Positions 20,968-33,722 of a DNA stretch of 64,000 nt are shown here, piece by piece; within the stretch, counting starts at the first letter, position 1; each line of letters starts with the position of its first letter. This DNA comes from an uncultured beta proteobacterium (lineage in GTDB: Bacteria > Pseudomonadota > Gammaproteobacteria > Burkholderiales > SG8-39), in NCBI GenBank assembly GCA_963827595.1, contig CAWHBT010000004.1, positions 19,730 to 83,729 of the forward strand. Reading direction: 5' to 3'. The position numbers and the translations under genes are program-made. The notes beneath the pieces were generated by a model. The model saw only the letters and a list, made by a program, of their open reading frames with translations. It had not been told where the DNA came from and did not search any database.

Positions 20968-22005
20968 GTGGCGAGCGATCTCACTCTGGCGATCGACTGC
21001 ATGGGCGGCGACCATGGCCCGGCGGTGACCGTTCCTGCAGCGCTGCGCTTCATCGAGACGAACCCCGCCGCGGCGGCGATCCTGGTCGGCGTCGGCGACG
21101 CGATCGACGCGCAGCTGCGCCGCCGTGGGGCCGCGCGGTCCGACCGGGTCCGGGTGCACCACGCGAGCGAGATCGTGACGATGGACGAGGCGCCGGCCAC
21201 CGCGGTCAAGCGCAAGAAGGACTCGTCGATGCGGGTCGCGCTCGACCTCGTGCGGCGCGGCGAAGCCCACGCCGCCGTCAGTGCCGGCAACACCGGCGCG
21301 CTCATGGCGATGGCGCACTTCGTCCTGAAGACGCTGCCGGGGATCGACCGGCCGGCGCTCGTCTCCGCGCTCCCGACCGTCAAGGGGCACACCTACATGC
21401 TCGACCTCGGCGCGAGCCCCGACTGCAAGCCGGAGCACCTGATGCAGTTCGCCGTGATGGGCGCGATTCTCGTCGCGGCCGTCGAGCACCGCGAGCGGCC
21501 CACCGTCGGCCTCCTGAACATCGGCGCCGAAGCGATCAAGGGCAACCAGGTCGTGAAGCAGGCCGGCGAGCTGCTCCGCGCGAGCAAGCTGAACTTCGTC
21601 GGCAACGTCGAAGGCGACGGCATCTACCGCGGCGAGGTCGACGTGGTGGTGTGCGACGGTTTCGTCGGCAACGTCGCGCTGAAGACCTCCGAGGGCTTCG
21701 CGCGCATGGTCGAGCGGTTCCTGCGCGAAGAGTTCACGCGCAACCCGCTGCGCCGCGTCGCCGCGGCGCTCGCGAGGCCGGCGCTGGCCGCGTTTCGTCG
21801 GCGGGTCGACCCGCGCGAGTACAACGGCGCGACGCTGCTCGGCCTGAGGGGCGTCGTCGTGAAGAGCCACGGCTCGGCGGACGTGGTCGCGTTCGGTCGC
21901 GCCATCGAGCGCGCGGCGGAGGAGGTGCGGGGGCGGGTGCTCGAGCGCATCGCCGGGCGGCTCGCGATCGCGGAGTCGGCGGCGCTGCCGGAGGCGGCGT
22001 CGTGA
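20968..22005 (+). CDS. plsX: Phosphate acyltransferase
   Basis: [34 protein letters not shown]; start uncertain (20878 is an alternative). Confidence 0.95.
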   Translation: MASDLTLAIDCMGGDHGPAVTVPAALRFIETNPAAAAILVGVGDAIDAQLRRRGAARSDRVRVHHASEIVTMDEAPATAVKRKKDSSMRVALDLVRRGEAHAAVSAGNTGALMAMAHFVLKTLPGIDRPALVSALPTVKGHTYMLDLGASPDCKPEHLMQFAVMGAILVAAVEHRERPTVGLLNIGAEAIKGNQVVKQAGELLRASKLNFVGNVEGDGIYRGEVDVVVCDGFVGNVALKTSEGFARMVERFLREEFTRNPLRRVAAALARPALAAFRRRVDPREYNGATLLGLRGVVVKSHGSADVVAFGRAIERAAEEVRGRVLERIAGRLAIAESAALPEAAS

Positions 22006-22961
22006 TGCGCGCCCGCATCGTCGGCACCGGCAGCTACCTGCCGCCGCGGATCGTCACCAACGCCGAGCTCGCGCAGCGCGTCGATACCTCGGACGAGTGG
22101 ATCGTCTCGCGGACCGGGATCCGGCAGCGGCACATCGCCGACGAAAGCCAGACCTCCAGCGACCTGGCACTGGCGGCGAGCCGGGAGGCGCTGCAGGCCG
22201 CGGGGGTCAAGGCGAGCGACCTCGATCTGATCATCGTGGCAACCTCGACCCCGGACTACGTCTTCCCGAGCACCGCTTGCCTACTGCAGGAAAAGCTTGG
22301 CGTGCGCGGCTGCACCGCGTTCGACGTTCAGGCGGTGTGCAGCGGCTTCGTCTACGGTCTCGGGGTCGCCGACAGCTTCGTCCGTGCGGGCGAGTCGCGC
22401 AGCGCGCTCGTCGTTGGAGCGGAGGTCTTCTCGCGGATCCTCGACTGGAGCGACCGCGCCACCTGCGTGCTGTTCGGCGACGGCGCCGCCGCGGTCGTGC
22501 TGCGCGCCGACGAGCGTCCCGGGGTGCACGCCACCGTCCTGCGCGCCGACGGCTCGCAAAGTGGCATCCTGTCGGTTCCGGGCAACGTGTGCGGCGGCAG
22601 GATCGTCGGCAGCCCCTTTCTGCGGATGGACGGACCGGCGGTGTTCCGGTATGCGGTGCGGGTGCTCGACGAGGTCGCGCGGGAGACCGTCGCAAAGTGC
22701 GGCATGCGGCTGAGCGACATCGACTGGCTTATCCCGCACCAGGCGAACATCCGGATCCTCGATGCGACGGTGAAGAAGCTCGGCCTGCCGCCGGAACGGC
22801 TGGTGGTCACGGTCGATCGGCACGCGAACACCTCCGCGGCGTCGGTGCCGCTCGCGCTCGATCTCGCATGCCGCGACGGGCGGATCAAGCGGGGCCAGCG
22901 GGTCATGCTGCAGGGCGTGGGCGGCGGCTTCACCTGGGGCGCGTCCCTGGTCGAGATCTAG
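22005..22961 (+). CDS. fabH: 3-oxoacyl-ACP synthase III
   Basis: AVCSGF, PHQAN, NTSAAS, GGGFTWG. Confidence 0.96.
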   Translation: MRARIVGTGSYLPPRIVTNAELAQRVDTSDEWIVSRTGIRQRHIADESQTSSDLALAASREALQAAGVKASDLDLIIVATSTPDYVFPSTACLLQEKLGVRGCTAFDVQAVCSGFVYGLGVADSFVRAGESRSALVVGAEVFSRILDWSDRATCVLFGDGAAAVVLRADERPGVHATVLRADGSQSGILSVPGNVCGGRIVGSPFLRMDGPAVFRYAVRVLDEVARETVAKCGMRLSDIDWLIPHQANIRILDATVKKLGLPPERLVVTVDRHANTSAASVPLALDLACRDGRIKRGQRVMLQGVGGGFTWGASLVEI

Positions 22962-22973
22962 GAGCCTGGACAG

Positions 22974-23909
22974 ATGAGCTTCGGCATGGTTTTCCCCGGG
23001 CAGGGCGCGCAGTCCGTGGGAATGCTCGCGGGGTACGGCGATGCGTCCGAGGTGCGCGAGGTGCTCGCAACGGCCTCCGAAGTGCTGAAGCAGGACGTCG
23101 CGAAGCTGATCGAGGAGGGCCCCGCGGAGGAACTGAGCCGGACCGTGAACACCCAGCCGGTGATGTTGACGGCCGGCTACGCCGCGTACCGCCTGTGGCG
23201 TGGCCTCGGCGGTCCAGACCCGGTGGTGGTTGCCGGGCACAGCCTCGGCGAATACACCGCCCTCGTGGCAGCGGGCGCGCTCGCGTTCGAGGACGCGCTC
23301 CCGCTCGTGCGGCTGCGCGCGCAGGCGATGCAGGAGGCGGTGCCGCAGGGGGAAGGCGCGATGGCTGCGATCCTCGGGCTCGATGAGGATGCCGTCCGCC
23401 TCGCGTGCGCCGAGAGTGCACAGGGGCAGGTCGTCGAGGCGGTGAACTTCAACGCGCCCGGCCAGATCGTGATCGCGGGCCATGCGGGCGCCGTCGAGCG
23501 TGCGGTCGCAGCGGCGAAGGCACGGGGCGCCAGGCGCGCCGTCCCGCTGCCGGTGAGCGCGCCCTTCCACTCTTCGCTGCTCGCGCCGGCGGCGGCGCGG
23601 TTGAAAGAACGGCTGGCGTCGATCGAAGTGCGGGCGCCACGAATCCCGGTGGTGAACAACGTCGATGCCGAGGTGTACGGCGAACCGGACCGGATCAAGG
23701 ATGCCTTGGTCCGCCAGGCCGACCATCCGGTGCGGTGGGTCGAATGCGTGCGCGCGATTGCAGGGCGGGGCGTGACCCACGTCGCCGAGTGCGGGCCGGG
23801 CAGGATCCTCGCACCCCTCGTCCGGCGCATCGCGGAGACCGCGCAGGGGTACGCCCTGATCGATCGCGCGTCCATGGAGCAGACCCTCGCCGAGCTGAGA
23901 GGCGACTGA
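22974..23909 (+). CDS. fabD: Malonyl-CoA:ACP transacylase
   Basis: FPGQG, GHSLGEY, SAPFH. Confidence 0.96.
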   Translation: MSFGMVFPGQGAQSVGMLAGYGDASEVREVLATASEVLKQDVAKLIEEGPAEELSRTVNTQPVMLTAGYAAYRLWRGLGGPDPVVVAGHSLGEYTALVAAGALAFEDALPLVRLRAQAMQEAVPQGEGAMAAILGLDEDAVRLACAESAQGQVVEAVNFNAPGQIVIAGHAGAVERAVAAAKARGARRAVPLPVSAPFHSSLLAPAAARLKERLASIEVRAPRIPVVNNVDAEVYGEPDRIKDALVRQADHPVRWVECVRAIAGRGVTHVAECGPGRILAPLVRRIAETAQGYALIDRASMEQTLAELRGD

Positions 23910-24653
23910 ATGGAGCTCAAGGGGCAGGTCGCCCTCGTCACCGGTGCGACGCGCGGGATCGGCAAGGCGATCGCGGTTGCCCTCGGCCAGGCGGGGGCGA
24001 CGGTCGTCGGTACGGCGACCACCGACGCCGGAGCGCAGTCGATCGGGGAGTATCTCGCTCCGGCCGGCATCGCCGGCCTCGGCGCGACGCTCGACGTCAC
24101 CGACGGTACCGCGGTCGACGCGCTGGTCGCGAGGGTGGAGAAGGAATTCGGGGCGGTGTCGATCCTCGTGAACAACGCGGGAATCACGCGCGACAACCTG
24201 CTCGCGCGCATGAAGGATGCGGAGTGGGATGCGGTGATCGACACCGATCTCAAGTCGGTGTTCCGGCTGTCGCGGGCGGTGCTTCGCGGCATGATGAAGG
24301 CGCGGGCCGGCCGCATCATCAGCATCACGTCGGTGGTGGGCGCGAGCGGCAACCCGGGCCAGATCAACTACGCCGCGGCGAAGGCGGGAATCGCCGGTCT
24401 GACGCGGTCGCTCGCGCGCGAGATCGGCAGCCGCGCGATCACGGTCAACTGCGTCGCTCCCGGCTTCATCGACACCGACATGACGCGTGCGCTCGCCGAG
24501 GCGCAACGCGACCAGCTCCGGGCCCAGATTCCGCTCGGGCGACTGGGGCGTCCCGAGGACGTCGCCGCGGCAGTGCTGTTTCTCGCCTCCCCCGGAGCGG
24601 GTTACATCACCGGCGCGACCCTCCACGTCAACGGGGGCATGTACATGAACTGA
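23910..24653 (+). CDS. fabG: 3-oxoacyl-ACP reductase
   Basis: TGATRGIG, NNAGITRD, YAAAK. Confidence 0.96.
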   Translation: MELKGQVALVTGATRGIGKAIAVALGQAGATVVGTATTDAGAQSIGEYLAPAGIAGLGATLDVTDGTAVDALVARVEKEFGAVSILVNNAGITRDNLLARMKDAEWDAVIDTDLKSVFRLSRAVLRGMMKARAGRIISITSVVGASGNPGQINYAAAKAGIAGLTRSLAREIGSRAITVNCVAPGFIDTDMTRALAEAQRDQLRAQIPLGRLGRPEDVAAAVLFLASPGAGYITGATLHVNGGMYMN

Positions 24654-24759
24654 AACGAAATCCGGTCCGGCGCCGGGGGGGAGGGGGTTCTGATAGAATT
24701 TTCGCCGCTCGGGCCCCCAGCAGTCCTAGAACACACCGATCCAGAGGGAAGGAGTCCGC

Positions 24760-25005
24760 ATGGACAACGTCGAACCACGCGTCAAGAAGATCGTCGCCGA
24801 GCAGCTCGGCGTAAACGAGGCAGAGATCAAGAACGAGTCCTCGTTCGTGGACGATCTTGGCGCCGACTCGCTCGACACGGTCGAGCTCGTGATGGCGCTC
24901 GAAGAAGAGTTCGAGACCGAGATCCCCGACGAGGAGGCCGAGAAGATCACGACGGTGCAGCAGGCCGTGGACTACATCAAGGGCCACCTCACCAAGAAGG
25001 CCTGA
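24760..25005 (+). CDS. acpP: Acyl carrier protein
   Basis: [14 protein letters not shown]. Confidence 0.98.
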   Translation: MDNVEPRVKKIVAEQLGVNEAEIKNESSFVDDLGADSLDTVELVMALEEEFETEIPDEEAEKITTVQQAVDYIKGHLTKKA

Positions 25006-25024
25006 GCGCGCTTCCGGAGTCTGC

Positions 25025-26263
25025 TTGTCGCGTCGCCGCGTCGTCGTCACCGGACTCGGGCTGGTCTGCCCCGTCGGCAACCGGGTCGACGAAGCGTGGC
25101 AGAACATCGTTGCAGGCCGGTCCGGCATCACCCGGATTACCCGGTTCGACGCCGCCGCCTTCCCGAGCCGGATCGCGGGCGAGGTGAAGGGGTTCGACGT
25201 CGGTGCGTACCTTTCCGCCAAGGAGGCGCGACGCTACGACACCTTCATCCACTACGGGCTCGCGGCCGCGATCCAGGCGATCCGTGACTCGGGGCTCGAC
25301 ACCGCCCGCGAGGACCTCGACCGCATCGGGTGCGTGATCGGCTCGGGGATCGGCGGACTGCCCCTCATCGAGGCGACGCACAACGAGTACCTCCGCGGCG
25401 GCCCGCGCAAGATCTCGCCGTTCTTCGTGCCCGGCACCATCATCAACATGATCGCGGGCCAGCTGTCGATCATGTACGGGCTCCGCGGCCCGAACCTCGC
25501 GCTCGTCACGGCCTGCACGACCTCCAACCACTGCATCGGCGAGGGCGGGCGGCTGATCGAATACGGCGATGCGGACGTCATCGTCGCCGGCGGGTCCGAA
25601 GCGACGATCAGCCCGCTCGGCGTCGGCGGGTTCACGGCGCCTCGGGCGCTGTCCACGCGCAACGATGACCCGCCGACGGCGAGCCGCCCCTGGGACAAGG
25701 ATCGGGACGGCTTCGTGCTCGGTGAAGGCGCCGGGATCGTGGTGCTGGAGGAGTACGAGCACGCGCGCCAGCGCGGCGCCCGCATCTACGCCGAGCTGGC
25801 CGGCTACGGGATGAGCGCCGACGCGTTCCACATCACTGCGCCGGCCGAAGACGGCGGCGGTGCCGCCCGTTGCATGACGAACGCCCTGAAAAACGCGCGG
25901 CTGAACCCCGACCAGGTCGACTACATCAACGCCCACGGCACCTCGACGCAGCTCGGCGACATCGCGGAGACGGTCGCGGTGAAGCGCTGCTTCGGGCCGC
26001 ATGCGGCGAAGCTCGCGATGAGCTCCACGAAGTCGATGACCGGACATCTCCTCGGCGCCGCCGGCGGGATCGAGGCGGTGTTCTCGGCACTTGCGGTCCA
26101 CCATCAGATCGCACCGCCTACGGCCAACCTGTTCAACGTCGACCCGGCGTGCGATCTCGACTACGTTCCGCTGCGGGCGCGGGAGATGCCGATCCGCGCC
26201 GCGCTGTCCAACTCGTTCGGCTTCGGCGGCACGAACGGCACGTTGATCTTCGCGCGGATTTGA
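25025..26263 (+). CDS. fabF: 3-oxoacyl-ACP synthase II
   Basis: TACT, NAHGTST, GHLLGAAG, NSFGFGGTN. Confidence 0.96.
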   Translation: MSRRRVVVTGLGLVCPVGNRVDEAWQNIVAGRSGITRITRFDAAAFPSRIAGEVKGFDVGAYLSAKEARRYDTFIHYGLAAAIQAIRDSGLDTAREDLDRIGCVIGSGIGGLPLIEATHNEYLRGGPRKISPFFVPGTIINMIAGQLSIMYGLRGPNLALVTACTTSNHCIGEGGRLIEYGDADVIVAGGSEATISPLGVGGFTAPRALSTRNDDPPTASRPWDKDRDGFVLGEGAGIVVLEEYEHARQRGARIYAELAGYGMSADAFHITAPAEDGGGAARCMTNALKNARLNPDQVDYINAHGTSTQLGDIAETVAVKRCFGPHAAKLAMSSTKSMTGHLLGAAGGIEAVFSALAVHHQIAPPTANLFNVDPACDLDYVPLRAREMPIRAALSNSFGFGGTNGTLIFARI

Positions 26264-26724
26264 ACGCGACCGTACGAGTGCGGCTGCGTCCGTCACGGAC
26301 GCTCGCCGCGGCGATCGTGCTCGCACATCTCGCGGCGCTCGCGGCGGCCGTCGCTGCGCTGCCGGGCGCAGCGGCTGCGGTCGTCGCCGCCGGTGTGGCG
26401 CTGTCTGCGCTCGGGCACCTGCGGGAGGCGCTGCACCGGGCACCGCAGGCGGTCGCCGAACTCGAGCTGACCGCCGACGGTCGGGTAGCGGTAGCGGGCC
26501 CCGCAGGGGATTGGTTGACCGCGCGCCTGCGGAGCGTCGCAGTGCCGGTTCCCTGGCTCGCCGTGGTGACGCTGCGCGACGCACTGGGGCAGCGCCGGGC
26601 GGCGGTCGTCCTCCCGGATGCGCTCGACCGGGAGGCATTTCGCCGGCTGCGGGTCTGGCTGCGCTGGGGAACCGCCGCCGGTCCGGCCGGGGCGGATTCG
26701 ACGCATGAGCCGACGCGCGGCTGA
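26260..26724 (+). CDS. YgfX-like membrane protein
   Basis: LRPSR N-terminus, two hydrophobic segments, DALDREAFRRLRVWLRW. Confidence 0.7.
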   Translation: MNATVRVRLRPSRTLAAAIVLAHLAALAAAVAALPGAAAAVVAAGVALSALGHLREALHRAPQAVAELELTADGRVAVAGPAGDWLTARLRSVAVPVPWLAVVTLRDALGQRRAAVVLPDALDREAFRRLRVWLRWGTAAGPAGADSTHEPTRG

Positions 26725-26749
26725 ACCAATGTTGCGAACAGGTGTCTGT
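26723..26749 (+). promoter_or_regulatory. Possible sigmaE/AlgU-type promoter for rpoE
   Basis: GAACCA-N16-TCTGT versus consensus GAACTT-N16/17-TCTGA. Confidence 0.35.
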
Positions 26750-26855
26750 AGTGCGAGGTCGTGGCAGGAGCGTGAGAGCGCTGCGGTATACTGCCCGTTG
26801 CCGGCCGGTAAGCGTTTGAAAAACAACAATACGCGAGGCTTGCGGGGAGGCGGCG

Positions 26856-27455
26856 ATGGCGGACCGCGACGTTGACCAGCAGCTGGTCGCGCGGGCGCAG
26901 GCGGGCGACAAGCAGGCGTTCGACCTGCTGGTCTCCAAGTACCAGCGCAAGCTCGGGCGGCTCCTCGCGCGGTTCATCCGCGATCCGGCGGAAGTCGAGG
27001 ACGTGGCGCAGGAGGCGTTCGTGAAGGCCTACCGTGCGTTGCCCTCGTTCCGCGGCGACAGCGCGTTCTACACGTGGCTGTACCGGATCGGGATCAACAC
27101 GGCGAAGAACTACCTGGTGGCGTTGGGCCGCCGGGCGCCGACCACGACGGGATTCGATTCGGACGAGGCGGAGGGCTTCGAGGACGGCGACCAGCTGCGC
27201 GACATCAACACGCCCGAGAGCGTGCTGGCGTCGAAGGAAATCGCGGCTACTGTGCAGAAGGCGATGGAAGACCTGCCCGAGGATCTGCGCACGGCGATCG
27301 AGCTGCGCGAGATCGAGGGCCTGAGTTACGAGGAGATCGCGAACATCATGAACTGTCCGATCGGGACGGTGCGCTCGCGCATCTTCCGGGCGCGCGAGGC
27401 GATTGCCGCCAAGCTGCGCCCGCTGCTCGATACCCGTAAGGACCGAAGGTGGTGA
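26856..27455 (+). CDS. rpoE: ECF sigma factor RpoE
   Basis: DVAQEAFVKAYRAL, FYTWLYRIGINTAKN, CPIGTVRSRIFRARE. Confidence 0.97.
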   Translation: MADRDVDQQLVARAQAGDKQAFDLLVSKYQRKLGRLLARFIRDPAEVEDVAQEAFVKAYRALPSFRGDSAFYTWLYRIGINTAKNYLVALGRRAPTTTGFDSDEAEGFEDGDQLRDINTPESVLASKEIAATVQKAMEDLPEDLRTAIELREIEGLSYEEIANIMNCPIGTVRSRIFRAREAIAAKLRPLLDTRKDRRW

Positions 27456-27459
27456 CCGG

Positions 27460-27954
27460 ATGAAGCAACGACTCTCGGCGATGATGGACGACGCGGCGGA
27501 GGACCATGAGTGCGAGAGCTGCGTCAAGGGGCTCAAGGACGACCCCGAGCTCCGCGCAACCTGGGATGTCTACCACCTGATCGGCGATGCCCTGCGGGGC
27601 CACACCGCTCCGGATGTCGCGGAGCGCGTTCAGCAGCGGCTCGTCGCCGAGCCGACGGTCTTCGCCCCGCGCGCGATCGAGCCGCCGCGACGGCGCGCGA
27701 CCCGGTATGCGCTGTCGATGGCCGCGAGCGTCGCAGCGATCGCGCTCGTCGGCTGGATGGCGCTGCAGCTCACCGGCCAGCCCGAATCGCCGCCGGTCAT
27801 CGCCAAGCTCCCCGAGCCAGCGCTCGTCGCCGTTCCGGTCGCACAGGGGGTGAGCGACTACCTGCTCGCGCACCAGCGGTTCTCGCCCGCGCTCGCGATC
27901 GGCGGCATCGCGCCCTACATCCGCAGCGTGGCCGAAGAGAACGGGGCGCGCTGA
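27460..27954 (+). CDS. rseA: Anti-sigma factor RseA/MucA
   Basis: LSAMMD..WDVYHLIGDALR, TM segment, YLLAHQ; synteny. Confidence 0.9.
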   Translation: MKQRLSAMMDDAAEDHECESCVKGLKDDPELRATWDVYHLIGDALRGHTAPDVAERVQQRLVAEPTVFAPRAIEPPRRRATRYALSMAASVAAIALVGWMALQLTGQPESPPVIAKLPEPALVAVPVAQGVSDYLLAHQRFSPALAIGGIAPYIRSVAEENGAR

Positions 27955-27956
27955 CG

Positions 27957-28935
27957 ATGCGGGCGCTCGTGTTGGCCGCGGCGCTCGCCGCGGGCTCGAC
28001 GGCATGTCCCGGCGCGCGCGGTCGCCCAGTCGAACGCCGACGCGATCTCCTGGTTGCAGCGGATCTACCGCTCCACCGAGCGCCTCAGCTATACCGGCAC
28101 GTTCGTGTACCAGCAGGGCGAGCAGGTCGAGAGCTCCCGGGTGACCCGGATCGTCGACGGGTCGGGTGTGCACGAGCGGCTGGAGACGCTCGACGGCACC
28201 CCGCGCGAGATCGTCCGCGTCAACGAGGAGGTGACCTGCTACCTGCCGCAGACGATGACGGTGAAAATCGAGCGCCAGACCGACACCGGGCCCTTTCCGG
28301 CGATGCGCGCGGATGCGCGCGAGCTCGCGCAGTACTACGACATCCGCAAGGGCGAGACCGAGCGGATCGCCGGGTACGATTGTCAGTCGATCGTCCTCGA
28401 GCCGAAGGACAAACTGCGCTACGGGCACAAGCTCTGGGCCGATCTCGCGACCGGGATGCTCGTCAAAGCCAAGACCTTCAACGAGAAGCACGAGGTCGTC
28501 GAGCAGTTCACGTTTACCCAGCTCCAGATCGGCGGCCGGATCGAGCGCGACCAGGTGAAGTCCCGGTTCGCCGGCAAAGGGCGCGACTGGCGGGTCGAGA
28601 GCGCGGCGATGGTCCCCACCGACCTCGCGAGCCATGGCTGGCTGCTGCGATCGCTGCCCATCGGCTACCGCAAGATCACCGAAATGAAACGCAATCTCGG
28701 GGCAAGCGTCGGGGTCGGCCACATCGTGCTCTCGGACGGCCTGGCCGCCATGTCGATTTTCATCGAGCCGCTCGCCGCCAAGCCGGCCCTGGGACCGCTA
28801 GGCCCGTCCCGACAGGGCGCGATCAACGTCTACACCCGCAAGCTCGACGGCTACCTCGTCACGGTCATCGGCGAGGTCCCTGCGGAAAGCGTCAAACTGG
28901 TCGCCAACACCGTCGAGTACCGTCGTCCGCAGTAG
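27957..28935 (+). CDS. rseB: RseB/MucB, with an apparent frameshift in the signal-peptide region
   Basis: YTGTFVYQ, LETLDG, SDGLAAMSIFIEP, GEVP; signal peptide from ATG 27957 is out of frame at the GCGCGCGCG run (~28012-28020). Confidence 0.88.
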
Positions 28936-29044
28936 GGTTGGGGTCAAATCCCCCGCCGCCGCGGTCGCCGCGCTTGAAACCTCGCCCGCCCCGATTTATC
29001 GTTAGTATCCGGCAGCAGTTCCGCACGCAGGGATGGAACACCCC

Positions 29045-30544
29045 ATGAAAACGCTACTTTCCGCAGTCCCCGTCGCCGCGGCGGTCGCCCTCGCCGGCCC
29101 GTCGTTCGCCCAGACCCGCGGGCTGCCCGACTTCACCCAGATCGTCGAGAGCCAGGGTACTGCGGTGGTGAACATCAGCACCACGCAGCTCCGGCAGCGT
29201 CAGGCGCGATCGCAGACCCCGCAGCTCGACGAGGACGATCCGTTCTACGAGTTCTTCCGCCGGTTCGTCCCCCGGGGGCCGCAGGGGCCCCAGGGCCCGC
29301 AGGGTCCCCAAGCCCCGCCGGGTTCCCAAGCTCCGCCGGGTTCCCAAGCTCCGCCGGGGCCGCGCGACTTCGAGTCGAACTCGCTCGGTTCCGGGTTCGT
29401 CATCAGCGCCGACGGCTACATCCTGACCAACGCCCACGTCGTCGAGGCCGCCGACGAAATCACCGTGAAGTTCAACGACAAGCGCGAGTACAAGGCCAAG
29501 GTCATCGGCGTCGACCGGCGTACCGACGTCGGGCTGATCAAGATCGAGGCCGCGGGGCTGCAGCCCGTGAGGTTCGGCGATGCAAGCAAGCTCCGGGTCG
29601 GTGAATGGGTGGTCGCGATCGGCTCGCCGTTCGGCTTCGAGAACACGGTCACGGCGGGAATCGTTAGCGCGAAAGGCCGGTCGCTCCCGCAGGAGAACTT
29701 CGTACCCTTCATCCAGACCGACGTCGCCATCAACCCCGGGAATTCCGGCGGCCCGCTCTTCAACCTGACCGGCGAGGTGGTGGGCATCAACTCCCAGATC
29801 TACAGCCGCACCGGCGGCTTCATGGGGCTTTCCTTCGCGATCCCGATCGACGTCGCGCTGGACATCTCGAACCAGCTCCGCACCGTGGGGCGAGTAAGTC
29901 GCGGGCGCATCGGCGTGGTCATTCAGGAGGTGTCCCGCGAGCTTGCCGATTCCTTCGGGCTCACCAAGCCCATGGGGGCGCTCGTGAACGCGGTCGAGAA
30001 GGGCGGGCCCGCGGAGAAGGCAGGGGTGGAGACCGGCGACATCATCCTCAAGTTCGACGGCCGGGCGGTCAACGGTTCGTCGGACCTGCCGCGGATCGTC
30101 GGCTCGACCAAGCCCGGCGCGCGGGTCCCGGTGCAGGTATGGCGCAAGGGACAGACCAAGGAGGTCGCGGTGACCGTGGGCGAGATCCCCGACGACCGGG
30201 TCGCCTCGAGCCGGGGCGCGCGTCCAGGGGAGCGCAAATCCGCGGTCGCGGCGAACCGTCTCGGCCTGGTGGTCAGCGATCTGGCGGAGGAGAAACGCCG
30301 CGAGCTGAGGCTGTCGGGCGGCGTCCTGGTCGACGAGGTCCGTGAGCAGCCGCGGGCCGACATCCGCGCCGGCGACGTGATCGTGGCGCTGACCGCGAAA
30401 GGCGCCACGACCGAGCTGAAGTCGGCGAAGCAGTTCAACGATCTCGTCGCCGGCCTCGACAAGGGCACGACGATGACGCTGCAGATCCGGCGTGGCGAAG
30501 CCAATATCTTCGCGACGATCAGGGGCGAGACCACCGGCGGTTGA
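29045..30544 (+). CDS. DegP/MucD-family serine protease with PDZ domains
   Basis: LTNAHVV, TDVGL, INPGNSGGPL; two PDZ domains. Confidence 0.95.
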   Translation: MKTLLSAVPVAAAVALAGPSFAQTRGLPDFTQIVESQGTAVVNISTTQLRQRQARSQTPQLDEDDPFYEFFRRFVPRGPQGPQGPQGPQAPPGSQAPPGSQAPPGPRDFESNSLGSGFVISADGYILTNAHVVEAADEITVKFNDKREYKAKVIGVDRRTDVGLIKIEAAGLQPVRFGDASKLRVGEWVVAIGSPFGFENTVTAGIVSAKGRSLPQENFVPFIQTDVAINPGNSGGPLFNLTGEVVGINSQIYSRTGGFMGLSFAIPIDVALDISNQLRTVGRVSRGRIGVVIQEVSRELADSFGLTKPMGALVNAVEKGGPAEKAGVETGDIILKFDGRAVNGSSDLPRIVGSTKPGARVPVQVWRKGQTKEVAVTVGEIPDDRVASSRGARPGERKSAVAANRLGLVVSDLAEEKRRELRLSGGVLVDEVREQPRADIRAGDVIVALTAKGATTELKSAKQFNDLVAGLDKGTTMTLQIRRGEANIFATIRGETTGG

Positions 30545-30644
30545 ACGGGCCGCGCCGGAGCGGCCGCGGCGTCGCGCGTCGCCCGGAAGTCGTGCCCGCG
30601 GCGCTGGAATCCGCTAGAATTCGCGCCGCCTCGAACGGCCGGAG

Positions 30645-30671
30645 AAGGGTGCTGGAAAAGCACCCTTTTTT
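30645..30671 (+). terminator. Terminator-like hairpin between degP and lepA
   Basis: AAGGGTGCT-GGAAA-AGCACCCTT-TTTT; lies downstream of a TAGAAT -10-like box at 30615. Confidence 0.55.
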
Positions 30672-30734
30672 GTGCTCCGGGCGGTAACGATTCCAGCCCC
30701 CGGAGAGCCAGCCGCGCCGCGAACGAGCGTCCCG

Positions 30735-32528
<1,794 letters not shown>

Positions 32529-32542
32529 GGACCGGCTCCGGC

Positions 32543-33328
32543 ATGAACTTCGCGCTGATCCTGTTCGTGCTGCTGGTGGTGACCGCCTTGATCGCGGCGG
32601 CCGACTACCTCTACTTCGGCAAGCGGCGCGGTGCGGGTGCGAAGGAGCCGTGGTGGATCGAGTATCCCAAGAGCTTCCTCCCGGTGATTCTGATCGTGTT
32701 CCTGCTGCGCTCGTTCGTGGTCGAGCCGTTCCGCATCCCGTCCGGGTCGATGATCCCGACGCTGCTGGTCGGCGATTTCATCCTGGTGAACAAGTTCACC
32801 TACGGCATCCGGCTGCCGATCCTGAACCGGAAGATCGTCGCGATGAACGACCCGCGTCGCGGGGACGTCATGGTGTTCCGCTATCCCGAGGACCCGTCGG
32901 TCGACTACATCAAGCGGGTCATCGGGGTGCCGGGCGACACGGTGTCGTACATCAACAAGCGACTCATGATCAACGGCAGCGAACTCGGGCTCAAGCCCGA
33001 CGGGGAGTACCTCCACAAGCGCGCCACGTACGCGAAGCAGTACGTCGAGACGGTCAACGGCCACCAGCACCGGATCCTGGTCGAGGACGACGCGCCGGCC
33101 GGGGTCTCGTTCGCGAAGCAGTTCCCGTTTCGTGACAAATGCACTTACAATAACCAGGGGTTTACCTGCACCGTCCCGCCCGGGCATTACTTCATGATGG
33201 GGGACAACCGCGACAACTCGGCCGACAGCCGGGTGTGGGGGTTCGTGCCGGACGAGAACATCGTCGGCAAGGCGTTCTTCATCTGGTTCAACTTCAGCGA
33301 GCCGAGTCGCTTCGGCTCGTTCCAGTAG
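32543..33328 (+). CDS. lepB: Signal peptidase I
   Basis: IPSGSMIPTL, YIKRVIG, GDNRDNSADSR. Confidence 0.97.
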   Translation: MNFALILFVLLVVTALIAAADYLYFGKRRGAGAKEPWWIEYPKSFLPVILIVFLLRSFVVEPFRIPSGSMIPTLLVGDFILVNKFTYGIRLPILNRKIVAMNDPRRGDVMVFRYPEDPSVDYIKRVIGVPGDTVSYINKRLMINGSELGLKPDGEYLHKRATYAKQYVETVNGHQHRILVEDDAPAGVSFAKQFPFRDKCTYNNQGFTCTVPPGHYFMMGDNRDNSADSRVWGFVPDENIVGKAFFIWFNFSEPSRFGSFQ

Positions 33329-33331
33329 GGG

Positions 33332-33721
33332 ATGGCAACCACCATGAGACGACAGCGGGGAATGGGTTTCGCGGGAGTGCTGGGGCTGCTGATCGCCATC
33401 GTATTCATCGCGATCATCGGCATGAAGATGGTCCCGGCGTACATCGAGTACTTCACGATCAAGAAGGCCGTTACCGCGATCACGCAGAGCGGCGAGCTGC
33501 GCAACGCGACGGTCGCCGACGTGCGCAAGGCCTACGACCGCCGCGCCAACGTGGACGACATCACCGCGGTCCGGCCCGGCGACCTGGAGATCACGAAGGA
33601 CGGCAACGAGGTCGTGGTCGCCTTCGCGTACGAGAAGAAGATTCCGCTGTTCTACAACATCAGCGTGGTGATCGACTTCGCCGGGTCGAGCAAGCCCGGG
33701 AGCACGAAGAGCGCTGACTGA
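33332..33721 (+). CDS. DUF4845-like protein
   Basis: RQRG plus hydrophobic N-terminus; position between lepB and rnc. Confidence 0.75.
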   Translation: MATTMRRQRGMGFAGVLGLLIAIVFIAIIGMKMVPAYIEYFTIKKAVTAITQSGELRNATVADVRKAYDRRANVDDITAVRPGDLEITKDGNEVVVAFAYEKKIPLFYNISVVIDFAGSSKPGSTKSAD

Positions 33722-33722
33722 T

